DNA of 64,000 bases from Vicinamibacteria bacterium (GCA_965199715.1 OZ241322.1:352001-416000); one strand, 5' to 3'. Counted from the stretch's first letter, positions 36,543-46,275 are shown. A program made the numbers and translations. Notes: generated by a model from the sequence alone, not told the origin.

Positions 36543-37607
36543 ATGCGCTTCTCGCTGCTGAACGGGATGATCGTCGCGACCGCGCTCGGAATCGCCTGCG
36601 GCGGCGGCGAGGCCCCCGTGGAGGAACCCGAGGCCCCGGCGTTCATGCCCGGACCTCCCTCGGACTTCCAGGCTCCGACGACCCCCGACGACAACCCGCA
36701 GACTCCCGAAAAAGTCGCGCTAGGCAAGCAGCTCTACTTCGATCAGCGCCTGTCGGGCGACGGCTCCCGCTCCTGCTACTCCTGCCACCTTGTCGAGAAC
36801 GGCCTCACCGACGGCCTGCCGACCGCCATCGGCGCGTTCGGTCGCCAGCTCAACCGGTCCAGCCCGACGCTGTGGAACATCGCGTACCACACGCAGTTCT
36901 ACTGGGACGGCCGCAGCGACTCGCTGGAGGGCCAGGCGCGCGCGGCGTGGACCGGCGGCAACATGGGCGCGGACGCCGACGCGGTCGTCGAGACGCTGAA
37001 CGGGATCGAGGGGTATCGGACCCAGTTCGAGGCCGTCTTCGGCGGTCCGGCGACGCCCGACAACGTGGTCCAGGCGATCGCGGCCTTCGAGCGCGACGCG
37101 CTCTACTGCGGCGACACGGCCTACGACCGGTGGCGGCGCGGCGACGCCAGCGCGATCTCGGAGGAGGCGATGCGGGGCGCCGAGCTGTTCACCGCGGGCG
37201 CCGGTTGCGCGACCTGCCACAGCGGGGTGCTGTTCACCGACATGCTGTTCCACAACGTCGGGATCGGCATGGACGCCGAGGATCCCGATCTCGGACGCGG
37301 CGGCGTGACCGAGATGGACGAGTGCAGCACGACCTCCGACGAGCCCTGCCAAGGCGCGTTCAAGACCCCCACGCTGCGCGACGTCAGCAAGAGCGCGCCC
37401 TACTTCCACGACGGCAGCGTCGCCACGCTGCGCGAGGCCGTGGAGATCATGGCCAGCGGCGGGATCCTCAACCCGTACCTCGATACGGACGAGCTGCAGG
37501 ACCGCAACCTCTCGGACGCGCAGATCGACGACCTGATCGCCTTCCTGCACGCGCTCGACTGCGAGAACGGCGCACGGATCTTCTCCATGCCGGAGCTTCC
37601 CGAATAG
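36543..37607 (+). CDS. Di-haem cytochrome c peroxidase/MauG family lipoprotein
   Basis: Lipobox LGIAC; LGKQLYFDQRLS, CYSCH, FYWDGR, CATCH, FKTPTLR, PYFHDGS. Confidence 0.93.
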   Translation: MRFSLLNGMIVATALGIACGGGEAPVEEPEAPAFMPGPPSDFQAPTTPDDNPQTPEKVALGKQLYFDQRLSGDGSRSCYSCHLVENGLTDGLPTAIGAFGRQLNRSSPTLWNIAYHTQFYWDGRSDSLEGQARAAWTGGNMGADADAVVETLNGIEGYRTQFEAVFGGPATPDNVVQAIAAFERDALYCGDTAYDRWRRGDASAISEEAMRGAELFTAGAGCATCHSGVLFTDMLFHNVGIGMDAEDPDLGRGGVTEMDECSTTSDEPCQGAFKTPTLRDVSKSAPYFHDGSVATLREAVEIMASGGILNPYLDTDELQDRNLSDAQIDDLIAFLHALDCENGARIFSMPELPE

Positions 37608-37619
37608 ACTCCCCGGCCC

Positions 37620-37919
37620 ATGAACCTGAGCTTCGTCGGCGGCGGCGCCAAGTGGACGGGAACCGCCCGGATCGCCGAGAAGGGCGAGAAGGACAAGCAC
37701 CAGCCGTGGGACGTGCTGGTCAGCCCCGACGGCGGCGATCAGGTCGAGGGGGTGTTCCTCGTGACCGATCTCGCCGCGTCCTCGGCCGCGGACGGCGGCG
37801 ACGCGGACGAGCGCCTCGCCCAGGCGTTCGGCCGGGCGCTCACGTCCGAGCTGCAGATGCGCCGACTGTCGTCCGGGTTCCGGTTCGTCGTGGACCACCG
37901 CTGGGTGGTCGGTTACTAG
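37620..37919 (+). CDS. Hypothetical protein, 99 aa
   Basis: High-GC3 codon pattern; 12 nt after the peroxidase stop; followed by hairpin GCGACGC-CCG-GCGTCGC (37933-37949). Confidence 0.6.
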   Translation: MNLSFVGGGAKWTGTARIAEKGEKDKHQPWDVLVSPDGGDQVEGVFLVTDLAASSAADGGDADERLAQAFGRALTSELQMRRLSSGFRFVVDHRWVVGY

Positions 37920-37999
37920 CGGAGCGGACCCCGCGACGCCCGGCGTCGCATGAATTGGGCATAGCCAGCCGGCATGCACCGTTTGTTGCGCGCCGCCTG

Positions 38000-38870
38000 A
38001 TGGACGTATTCGCCTTCCGCGAGGAGGTGATCGCGGAGTAGGGGTTCTCGCGCAGCTTCACGCGGATCGCCGCGTCCGACGTCAAGAACACGGTGGACGC
38101 GACCTACGCCGGCGGCCGCTTCTGGCCCTCGCCGCTGATCGAGTTGGACCCGAACTTCGAATCGGGCGGCTACGTGGACGACCTCGTGGACGCGGGCGTC
38201 CTCCATCCCGAGTGCGGCCGCATCTTCCGGATCAAGGGCGAGGACGGCCCGCCGGGCGACCCGATCCGGCTGCACCGGCGTCAGGCGGACGCCGTCGCGA
38301 TCGCGAAGCGCGGCGAGAGCTACGTCCTGACCACGGGCGCCGGCTCCGGCAAGTCGCTGGCCTACTTCATTCCCCTCGTCCATGACGTGCTTCGACGCGG
38401 GCGCGACAGCGGCGTCAGGCCATCGTCGTGTACCCGATGAACGCGCTGTGCAACAGCCAGCTCGGGGAACTCCAGCGCTTCCGGCAGCGAGGCTGCGGCG
38501 AGGGCCGGGAGCCGGTCACGTTCGCCCGCTACACCGGCCAGGAGTCGATCGAGGAGCGCGACCGGATCGCCGCGAACCCGCCGGACGTCCTGCTCACGAA
38601 CTTCATGATGCTGGAACTGCCGATGACGCGGTTCGTCATGGCCGACGAGGCGATCCACAACGCCTGCGCCGGGCTGCGCTTCCTCGTGCTCGACGAGCTG
38701 CATACCTACCGGGGCTGCCAGGGCGCCGACGTGGCCATGCTCGTGCGCCGGGTGCGGGAGCGATTCAACGACGACCTGCTGTGCATCGGCACGTCGGCGA
38801 CGATGGCTTCCGAGGGCCCGGCGAAGGACCGCAGCGGCGAGGCCGCGCGCGTCGCGAGCCGCCTGTTGTG
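38000..38870 (+). pseudogene. Fragment of a large DEAD/DEAH-box (SF2) helicase of the type found in defence islands
   Basis: MDVFAFREEVIAE*GFSRSF (TAG 38039), WPSPLIELDP, TTGAGSGKSLAY, frameshift near 38420 before IVVYPMNAL, YTGQE, PDVLLTNFMMLE, LVLDELHTYRG, GTSAT, then truncated. Confidence 0.88.
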
Positions 38871-39125
38871 GAGCGCGAACGCGATGTCTTCGGATCCCGA
38901 GGGGTACAACCCGCACTCGTCGATCTCGGTCTCGCGGACGACGCAACCGCGCCGTCCGGGCCGGAATCCCCACACGCCGAGCTGATCGAAGTCCAGCGCG
39001 ACGCGGCCGCCGCGCAACTCTTCCGGAACGAGCGAACGCCGGACGACGGTCGCCAACGCCTCCAGCATCCAGATGCTGTGGATCGTGACGAGGAGCCGGA
39101 CGCCGTGCTTCGCCAGCGCGACCAA
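38870..39125 (-). pseudogene. C-terminal remnant of an ABC-type/AAA_21-like ATPase
   Basis: LAKHGVRLLVTIHSIWMLEAL resembles the H-loop region (ITTHS); no Walker A/B remains; abuts the helicase fragment. Confidence 0.5.
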
Positions 39126-39828
39126 CGCGGCGCATGAGGGCCTCGAGCCGCACCAGCTCTTGATCCCGGGCCTTCCGCCGGCTCTCGCCCGAGACCAGCC
39201 CGGCGGCCCTCCCGAACTCCCGCCGCGTGTGCGTCCACGTGGACTCGACGCCGATGATCCACTGCTCGACCCTGAGCCGCTCCGCGGGATCGGGGATCGC
39301 GGTCTCGACGGCGGCGGCGCTCGTACGCCTCGTGGTCACCGGCCAGAACGGCGTGTCGCCACTTCATGGACGCGCACACCCGAACGAGGTTCTTCGCGGG
39401 GCCGTTCGCGTACGCGAGCCGCTTCTGCTCGAGCCAGCGCCCGCCGGGCGTCCGTTCGTGGAGCCGTCGCTTTCGCCCGCCGGTGAACACCACGAGAACG
39501 TCGTGCTGATCGCTCTCAAAGAGGCTTCCGGACGAGCTCGGCTCTCCGCGAGGAGGCGCCAAGAGGCGACGACTCCGGCAGCCTCCTCCCCCTAGACACG
39601 ACGTCTGGCGCCGTGTCATGATGCGCGGCCCGGCGCGATCGTCACTCAAGCGCCCGGCCACGCCGGAGTCCACACGGTGCTGCGCGTGCTTGAAGCCGGC
39701 GCGGTCGTGGACCGGATTCCGCACTCCGTCGAGGGGTTCAACTGGCAGGTCGGCGGGCGGCTGGGCCGGCTACCTGCCGGCTACCGGATCGGCCCCGGTA
39801 CCTTCACGATCCGGTGATCGCGGAGGGC

Positions 39829-39993
39829 ATGACGGCGGCCGGCGAGCGCCGCTGGGCGGCGAGGTTCGGGGCGGTGGCCCGCCACTACCAGCGGCGGCAG
39901 GACAAGCTGCGGGACTGCCCCTCGTCCACGCACTGGGCGGAGGTGGCGGAGCGTGAGGCCGAGGCCCAGCGTCTGGATCGGACGGTCGCCTAG
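39829..39993 (+). CDS. Small hypothetical protein, 54 aa (not in track)
   Basis: GGAGG RBS then MTAAGERRWAARFGAVARHYQRRQDKLRDCPSSTHWAEVAEREAEAQRLDRTVA. Confidence 0.35.
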   Translation: MTAAGERRWAARFGAVARHYQRRQDKLRDCPSSTHWAEVAEREAEAQRLDRTVA

Positions 39994-40117
39994 TGGCGGC
40001 GGGCGGCCGAGCGCGCCCTGGTCCGCGCCGCCGGGCTCGAGAGAGGCGGAATCTCCCGCCCGAACCCGAATTTGATATAGGGATGAAATCTCTTTACGGT
40101 GATATTCGTTTGACGCG

Positions 40118-41845
40118 TCATCCCTCATGGCCGACCCCCTCTTTCAGCGTACCGTCCCGTGCGGGCGCACTGGGGTTTCGGATGCGCGGGGTCAGGAAGA
40201 TCAGAAGCTCCTCCTCCCGCTCCCGGCCGCCCGACGACCGGAACATCCTCCCCAGCAGCGGGATGCGGTGGAAGAACGGAACCCGCTGCTGGTCCGACGA
40301 CTCCTGTGTCACGAAGACCCCGCCGAGCACGGTGGTCTCGCCGTCGGTGACGCGCACGCGCGTCGTCGCGTGCTGGGTGAGGATGCTCGGAATCCCGCCG
40401 ACGGCTTGGCCGAAATCGAGCGTGTCGTTGTTCAGCGCGAGGTCCAGCAGGACGGTTCCGTCCGGCCCGATCTCGGGGGTCACGGTGAGCTCCAGCACCG
40501 CGTCCTGGAACTGGACGGTCACGGTGTTGTTGGCGACGACCTGCACCGGGAACGTGACGCCTTGCTTGATGGTGGCCGGGCGGGCGTTTTGGGCCACGAT
40601 ACGGGGCGCGGAGAGGATGCGCAGGTCGCCGCGGCGCTCGGCGGCGGTCAGCGCGACGTCCAGCCGGTCCACGCCGAGCAGCGCGCCGAGCGCGATTCCA
40701 ATCGCGCCGGTCGGGCGCTCGGGGATCGGCAGGTTGACCCCGTACCCGGGCCGGGTTCCGTCCGGGCCGGGCGGCGCGAGCAGCCCGCCCTGGCCCTCGA
40801 CGAACCCGGACGCGCCCAAGGAGCCGATCGCCCCGGCGTCGGCGCGGGCGGCCTGCCCCGCTCCGGACTCGCCCTCGACCAGCTCCCCGCCCCATTGCAC
40901 CCCGAGGCTGCGGCTCTCCGAGCGCGTGGTGAGCACGATCCGGGCCTCGATCTCGACTCCGGGAACGGGCACGTCCAGCGCGGCGAGCGCCGCCTCGAGT
41001 TCGGCCATGCGCCCTTCGACCTCGCGGATCAGGAGCGCGCCGGTGCGCGGATCGGCGACGAGCGAGCCGCGTTCGCTGATCCGGTCTTGGAGAAGCTCGC
41101 GCACGTCGGCCGGCGACGCGTGGGCGAGCCGGCGCACGGTGCTGACGAGCGCTCCGGCGAGCTCGCGCTCCTCCTCGTGCCGCACCTGCTCGATCTCCTC
41201 CGCCGCGAGCTCGGCGAGGCTGCCGACGCGCAGCACCGCGCCCTCGAGCGTCCAGCCGAGTCCGCGCGACCGCAGGATCACGTCGAGCGCCTGGTCCCAC
41301 GGGGTCTCGGTGAGCCGGATCGAGATGGGGCCGGAGACCGACGGCTGCAGCACGAAGTCGAGCCCGCTCACCTCCGCGAGCACCCGGAGCACGTCGCGGA
41401 CGTCGGCGTCGCGGAAGTCGAGCGTCACCCGCTCGGCCTGCGGCGGCTCGGGCGGGGCCGCTTCCTCCGGCGGGGGCGGCTTCTCCTCCGGTTCGGGTTC
41501 GACCGGGTCGCGCACGCAGACGACCTCGAGTCCGTCCACCGGTCCGTCGAAGTCGCAGACGACGTCGGGGGCCAGTTCCAAACGGAGTTCGGCGGTCCCG
41601 TCTTCGGCCGCCTCGACGCGGGCCCCGAGGATCTCGGCGGTGGAGACGCGCCACGCGCCGCGCACCGCGTCCACGTCCGCCGGTCCGAGGGAGACCGCCA
41701 TCTCGTCGCCCCGCCGCAGGAGGCCCTCGACGGCGACCGGGCGGTCGGCGAGCAGCCGGATCCGGGTCTCGTCGCCCGCACGGTGCATCTCCAGCGCGGT
41801 GACGACGACGGGCTGAAGCGCGACGGCAAGGAGCGCGGCGATCAT
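40118..41845 (-). CDS. pilQ: Type IV pilus secretin PilQ
   Basis: VTLDFRDADVRDVL, PWDQALDVIL, VEIEARIV, LELTVTPEI, VPFFHRIPLLG.MF, ELLIFLTPRI. Confidence 0.93.
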   Translation of the reverse strand: MIAALLAVALQPVVVTALEMHRAGDETRIRLLADRPVAVEGLLRRGDEMAVSLGPADVDAVRGAWRVSTAEILGARVEAAEDGTAELRLELAPDVVCDFDGPVDGLEVVCVRDPVEPEPEEKPPPPEEAAPPEPPQAERVTLDFRDADVRDVLRVLAEVSGLDFVLQPSVSGPISIRLTETPWDQALDVILRSRGLGWTLEGAVLRVGSLAELAAEEIEQVRHEEERELAGALVSTVRRLAHASPADVRELLQDRISERGSLVADPRTGALLIREVEGRMAELEAALAALDVPVPGVEIEARIVLTTRSESRSLGVQWGGELVEGESGAGQAARADAGAIGSLGASGFVEGQGGLLAPPGPDGTRPGYGVNLPIPERPTGAIGIALGALLGVDRLDVALTAAERRGDLRILSAPRIVAQNARPATIKQGVTFPVQVVANNTVTVQFQDAVLELTVTPEIGPDGTVLLDLALNNDTLDFGQAVGGIPSILTQHATTRVRVTDGETTVLGGVFVTQESSDQQRVPFFHRIPLLGRMFRSSGGREREEELLIFLTPRIRNPSAPARDGTLKEGVGHEG

Positions 41846-42168
41846 GGCGCGCCCCCTGCGGCCGCGAGCGGCGCGTGGACTTCGTCCTCGGGGTCGGAAC
41901 GCAGGGCGAAGGTCACGCCGGTCCGGTCCACCCGGATCACGAGGCCGTCGAGCAGCCGGTCGCCCGGCCGCGCCATGAAGGCGTCGCCCCGGGGGGACTC
42001 GAGCACGGCGATCCCGCCCTCGCCGCGCACGAGGACGCCGCGGACGCGCGCTTCGGAGACGAGCAGTCCGGCGAGGCCCGCCGGGCGCTCGGCCTCGGGG
42101 GGCGGCGGAAGCGGTCGGAAGGGATCCCGCGGCTGGAGGAGGGCCGCCGTGATGAGTAGCGCGATCAC
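41842..42168 (-). CDS. pilP: PilP-like protein
   Basis: RDPFRPL motif; position between pilO and pilQ. Confidence 0.75.
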   Translation of the reverse strand: MIALLITAALLQPRDPFRPLPPPPEAERPAGLAGLLVSEARVRGVLVRGEGGIAVLESPRGDAFMARPGDRLLDGLVIRVDRTGVTFALRSDPEDEVHAPLAAAGGAP

Positions 42169-42737
42169 GGCGCCGACGCCGACCCGGTCGATTCCAGGCC
42201 GCGTCCCACGGTCACCGCGACGAACCGGGCGGCCAGCGGACGGTCCGGCTCCGCAGGCGCGAGCAGCTCGAACTCATCCACGATGACGGTCCGCTCGAGG
42301 CTGGCGACGCGCTCGAAGAACGCCACGTAGCGGAAGTAGTCGCCCTCCAGCTCGACGGTGGCGGAACGGGCGGCGAACGTCTCCGCCCCGGACTCCGGAT
42401 CGGGCGCGAACCGCCGCACCCGGAGCCCTTCCTCGGACGCAAGGGCGGCGAGCGAATCGAGGATCTCCCCGGTTTCCGACTCCTGGGCCAGCGCGCCCCG
42501 CAGTTCCTCGACCTGGCTCTCGGTCCGCTCCAGATCGGCCCGGACCGCCTCGGCCGCGCGTTCGTCCGCGCCGCCGACCGCCTCCCGCCGCTGCCGGTCC
42601 GTGTCCAACCGGGCGACCCGGTCCCGCTCGGCGGCGAGGGCGGCCTCCCGCGCCGGACGCAGCCACAGCCGGAAGCCGCCCTGGACGATCGCTGCCAGCG
42701 CCACGAACGGCAGCAGCGCGCGCAGCGCGGCGCTCAC
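42165..42737 (-). CDS. pilO: PilO-like protein
   Basis: TM plus coiled coil; VELEGDYFRYVAFFERVASLERTV; GTG 42737 coupled to the pilN stop. Confidence 0.82.
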   Translation of the reverse strand: MSAALRALLPFVALAAIVQGGFRLWLRPAREAALAAERDRVARLDTDRQRREAVGGADERAAEAVRADLERTESQVEELRGALAQESETGEILDSLAALASEEGLRVRRFAPDPESGAETFAARSATVELEGDYFRYVAFFERVASLERTVIVDEFELLAPAEPDRPLAARFVAVTVGRGLESTGSASAP

Positions 42738-43333
42738 GGCGCGCCTCCGATCGGCTCCGGGTCGCGGGTGTCGAAGCGCAGCGTTCCCGCCAGCGAGAAC
42801 TGGTGGTCGCCCGCGCGGTCGGCGGGTCCGTCTCCCGCGACGCGCTCCACGAACTGCAGCGTGAGGCTCCGGATCCGCCGGATCTCCCCGAGCCGAGCGG
42901 CGGCGGTGCGCGCCGCTCCGGTCGAGACCGTGCGGCCGGTGATCCACAGCTCGGCCCCCCGCCGCCGCAGGTTCTCCAGCACGACCGCGTCGCCCACGTG
43001 GCTCGGAAGTTCCCCGAGCAGGTCGGAGACCACCCAGCGCTCCTCGTCCCACCGCGCGAGCCGCCCCTCGACGATCCGCAGTTCCTCGAGCCGCCGCCGG
43101 TCCTCCTCGATCCGTTCGCCGAGGCTCTCGAGCGCCGTGATCCGCTCGTCCAGGCCGACCGCCGCCGCGGCTTCCGCGCGAACGCGGGCGTCGAGGCGCC
43201 GCGTCTCGACGATCGCGAGCGCGAGCGACCCGGCGACGAGGACCGCGCCCAGCGCGATCGGCAATTTCGCGCCCGGCCCGGGCCACGAGGGGCCGGACCG
43301 CGCCTTGAACGCGCCTTCGGGCAGAAGGTTCAT
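42734..43333 (-). CDS. pilN: PilN-like protein
   Basis: MNLLP start, TM, coiled coil, LWITG. Confidence 0.8.
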   Translation of the reverse strand: MNLLPEGAFKARSGPSWPGPGAKLPIALGAVLVAGSLALAIVETRRLDARVRAEAAAAVGLDERITALESLGERIEEDRRRLEELRIVEGRLARWDEERWVVSDLLGELPSHVGDAVVLENLRRRGAELWITGRTVSTGAARTAAARLGEIRRIRSLTLQFVERVAGDGPADRAGDHQFSLAGTLRFDTRDPEPIGGAP

Positions 43334-44343
43334 CAGGCGTCCTCCAGGTGGTTGAACGCGAGCCCGGCGGCGAACGCGAGCGACGGGTCGCCGCGCTCGG
43401 GGTCGAGGACGCCCACCGGATCCAGCGACGCGGGGTTCGCCGGGGCGACCGCTGCGCGGACGTCCTTGCGGCTCGCGCCGCCCCCGGCGAGGCGCAGCGC
43501 CTCGGGACGCGGCTCGCCCGCCTCGCCGAGCGCCTCCGCCACCGCGGACCCGATGCGCTCCTCGAGCGCCGCGGCGCGCAAGCGCTCGGCGCGCGTGTTC
43601 GGCGCGTCCTTCCCGGCGCCGCCGAGGCCTCCGCCGGGGGCTTGGAGGCTCGAGACCAGCTCGAGCGTCGGCGGGTCCCCGTTCCGAAGCGCCCGGGGTT
43701 GGAAGACGTGCGTGGCCGCGTGCGACTCGCCCACGTCGAGCACGGCGACGGGCCGGCGCGGCGGCTCGTCCCCCCGGATGCGCGCCTCGAGGCGCATGGC
43801 GGCGAGAAGGCCGTACGGCTCGATCTCGACCCGGCGGGGCCCGAGGCCGGCCCGCACGACGCTGCGGCCGTTCGCCAGCACGATCTCGCGCCGCGCTCCG
43901 CCGAACGTGACGGCGCGGTTGTCGGGGTCCGCCTCGCCGTGCGCGGGCTGGTAGTCGAAGAGCACGTCGTCCATGTGGACCGGCAACTGGCGCGCCGCCT
44001 CCACCGCCACCGCGTGGCGGAGGTCACCGCGCTCCGCGCCGAAGCTGCCTTCGGGCAGCTCGAGCCGCTTGACGAGAAACGACCTTCCGCCGACCCCGAC
44101 CGCGGCGTCCCGGTCGGGAACGCCCAGCCGCCCGGCGAGGCGCCGCAGCGCGTCGCCGACGACCTGCATGTCCCGCACGGAGCCGCCGCGGACGGCCCCG
44201 ATGGGGAGCGGCTCCCGGCCGGCGGCCGCGAGCCGGATTTCGGTCCGGTCGCGGGCGAGCGCGACGAGCTTGACCGCCGACGCTCCGAAGTCCACGCCCA
44301 CGCCGGTTTCGACGCGGGTCCATCCGATTCGATCAGAGAACAT
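43333..44343 (-). CDS. pilM: Type IV pilus assembly protein PilM
   Basis: VGVDFGASAVKLV, VLFDYQ, VLDVG, LAGGGA, AAGLA (actin-like fold). Confidence 0.85.
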   Translation of the reverse strand: MFSDRIGWTRVETGVGVDFGASAVKLVALARDRTEIRLAAAGREPLPIGAVRGGSVRDMQVVGDALRRLAGRLGVPDRDAAVGVGGRSFLVKRLELPEGSFGAERGDLRHAVAVEAARQLPVHMDDVLFDYQPAHGEADPDNRAVTFGGARREIVLANGRSVVRAGLGPRRVEIEPYGLLAAMRLEARIRGDEPPRRPVAVLDVGESHAATHVFQPRALRNGDPPTLELVSSLQAPGGGLGGAGKDAPNTRAERLRAAALEERIGSAVAEALGEAGEPRPEALRLAGGGASRKDVRAAVAPANPASLDPVGVLDPERGDPSLAFAAGLAFNHLEDA

Positions 44344-44392
44344 ATGGATTAACACGTAACGGAGCCGGTTTTTCGTCACGAAACGGCCCGAA

Positions 44393-44401
44393 TGTGGATA
44401 A
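44393..44401 (-). promoter_or_regulatory. Perfect DnaA-box sequence (TTATCCACA)
   Basis: TGTGGATAA on the plus strand in the pilM/rplM intergenic region. Confidence 0.5.
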
Positions 44402-44434
44402 CTTTTTTTCGTCGGGGTCCGACGGTCGCGCAAG

Positions 44435-44463
44435 TTGACCCCCATTCCGGCCCCACCTATACT
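44435..44463 (+). promoter_or_regulatory. Sigma70 promoter of the rplM operon
   Basis: TTGACC-N17-TATACT. Confidence 0.85.
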
Positions 44464-44474
44464 TCCGTTTCCTT

Positions 44475-44533
44475 GCGGGCGGCGGTCCTCGGGCCCCTTC
44501 GGGCTTCCCGGGCGCTCACGCCCGTCTTTTTTT
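44475..44533 (+). promoter_or_regulatory. Structured rplM leader: long hairpin followed by a U-tract
   Basis: GCGGGCG(44475-81)/CGCCCGT(44519-25) encloses CTCGGG/CCCGGG and GCCC-CTTC-GGGC; followed by C and T7. Confidence 0.55.
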
Positions 44534-44552
44534 ACCCTCTCGTCCTTTCTTC

Positions 44553-45011
44553 ATGCCGCGAACCGAGTCCACCACGTTCCTGCGGGCGCGCGACGTGACG
44601 CGCCGCTGGTACGTCGTCGATGCCGAGGACCAGGTCCTCGGGCGGCTCGCCGCGCGGGTGGCGCGGGTGCTGATCGGCAAGCACAAGGCCGAGTGGACGC
44701 CGTTTCTCGATTGCGGCGACCACGTGGTGGTGCTGAACGCGCACCGGGTGCGCCTCACCGGACGCAAGGACCAGCAGAAGACGTACTACCGCCAGAGCGG
44801 GCGGCCCGGCGGCCTCAAATCCGCGACGGCCGCGCAGGTTCGCGCGGCGCACCCGGAGCGGCTCGTCGAGAAGGCCGTGCGGGGCATGCTTCCGAAGGGA
44901 TCCCTCGGGCGGAGCCAGTTCATGAAACTGAAGGTGTACGCGGGTGACCGGCATCCGCACGCGGCGCAGCAGCCGGTCCCGCTCCCGGACGCGCTCGGGG
45001 CGCGGTCCTGA
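44553..45011 (+). CDS. rplM: 50S ribosomal protein L13
   Basis: WYVVDA, LGRLA, GKHK..WTP..DCGDHVVV, AVRGMLPK, HPHAAQQP. Confidence 0.98.
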   Translation: MPRTESTTFLRARDVTRRWYVVDAEDQVLGRLAARVARVLIGKHKAEWTPFLDCGDHVVVLNAHRVRLTGRKDQQKTYYRQSGRPGGLKSATAAQVRAAHPERLVEKAVRGMLPKGSLGRSQFMKLKVYAGDRHPHAAQQPVPLPDALGARS

Positions 45012-45403
45012 TGTCCGTCCCGATCGCGTACGGCACCGGCAAGCGAAAGTGCTCGGTCGCGCGGGTCTTCCTGCGCGAGGGCAGCGGCCAGATCCTGGTG
45101 AACCAGCGGCCGCTCGAGGACTACTTCCCCCGCCCCACCTACCAGGGCTGGGTGGTCCAGCCGCTGCAGGCGACGGACCGGTCGGCGCAGTTCGACGTGG
45201 ACGCGCGAGTGCGGGGCGGCGGGCTTTCCGGGCAGGCGGCGGCCGTCAAGCTGGGCATCGCCCGGGCGCTGAGCGCGAGCGAGGCGGGGCTCCGGCCGGA
45301 GCTCAAGCGGCGCGGGTTCCTGACGCGGGACGCACGGCGCAAGGAGCGCAAGAAGTACGGACAGCCCGGCGCGCGCAAGCGGTTCCAGTACTCCAAGCGG
45401 TAG
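45011..45403 (+). CDS. rpsI: 30S ribosomal protein S9
   Basis: [38 protein letters not shown]. Confidence 0.98.
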   Translation: MSVPIAYGTGKRKCSVARVFLREGSGQILVNQRPLEDYFPRPTYQGWVVQPLQATDRSAQFDVDARVRGGGLSGQAAAVKLGIARALSASEAGLRPELKRRGFLTRDARRKERKKYGQPGARKRFQYSKR

Positions 45404-45407
45404 CGCC

Positions 45408-46217
45408 GTGTCCGACACCACCGTCAGCATGCGCGACCTGATCGAGGCGGGTCTGCACTTCGGCCACGAGACCAAGTGGTGGAACCCGAGGATGCGTCCG
45501 TACATCTACGGGACCCGCTCCGGCGTCCACATCCTCGACCTGAACCAGACGCTCCCGATGTTCCGGGACGCGCTCAACTTCATCTCCCGCCTCGGGGCCG
45601 AGGGCAAGACGATCCTGTTCGTCGGCACCAAGCGGCAGGCGCAGGAAGTGATCGCCTCCGAGGCGAGCCGGGTGGACGCCTTCTACGTGAACCACCGGTG
45701 GCTCGGCGGCCTGCTCACCAACTTCCGGACGATCCGCAAGAGCATCGCCCGCTTCCAGGAGCTGCGCGACATCACCGAGAACGCCGACCTCGGCGGCTTC
45801 TCCAACAAGGCGCGGTCGCGGCTCGAGAAGCGGCGGCGGCGGCTCGAGCGGACGCTCGCCGGGATCGAGAAGATGGAGCGGCTCCCGGACGCGATCTGCA
45901 TCGTCGATCCCAAGAACGAACTCATCGCGGTCCACGAGGCGCGCAAGCTCGGTATCCCGATCATCGCGATCGTGGATTCGGACTGCGATCCCGATCTCGT
46001 CGATTACATCATCCCGGGAAACGACGACGCCATGCGCGCCATCCGGCTGTTCGCGTCCCGAATCGCCAGCGCGTTCGGGGAGGGCCGGCGCCTCCGCGCA
46101 CTCCCGCCGGACGAATCCGAAGCGTTCGTCGAGCCGGCCGGCGAGGCGAAGGACGAACCTGCTTCCGCGCCGCCCCCGGGCGGCGGCGAAGCGGCCCGGC
46201 CCGCCTCCTCCGGCTGA
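45408..46217 (+). CDS. rpsB: 30S ribosomal protein S2
   Basis: [39 protein letters not shown]. Confidence 0.98.
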   Translation: MSDTTVSMRDLIEAGLHFGHETKWWNPRMRPYIYGTRSGVHILDLNQTLPMFRDALNFISRLGAEGKTILFVGTKRQAQEVIASEASRVDAFYVNHRWLGGLLTNFRTIRKSIARFQELRDITENADLGGFSNKARSRLEKRRRRLERTLAGIEKMERLPDAICIVDPKNELIAVHEARKLGIPIIAIVDSDCDPDLVDYIIPGNDDAMRAIRLFASRIASAFGEGRRLRALPPDESEAFVEPAGEAKDEPASAPPPGGGEAARPASSG

Positions 46218-46275
46218 CGGACGCGCCTCTTTTCCGCGGCCTGCGGGCCGCGAAACCATGGAGCACGTGACCCCC

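Noticed and set aside
38039-38041. In-frame TAG as pyrrolysine or read-through
   Set aside because: The same gene is also frameshifted and truncated; simple decay explains it.
37950-40117. Intact IS, integron or prophage in the degraded region
   Set aside because: No transposase, integrase, terminal inverted repeats or target duplications recognised.
44343-44470. oriC at the DnaA box
   Set aside because: One perfect box only, no box cluster or unwinding element, no dnaA/dnaN nearby, and a dif-like site 30 kb away.
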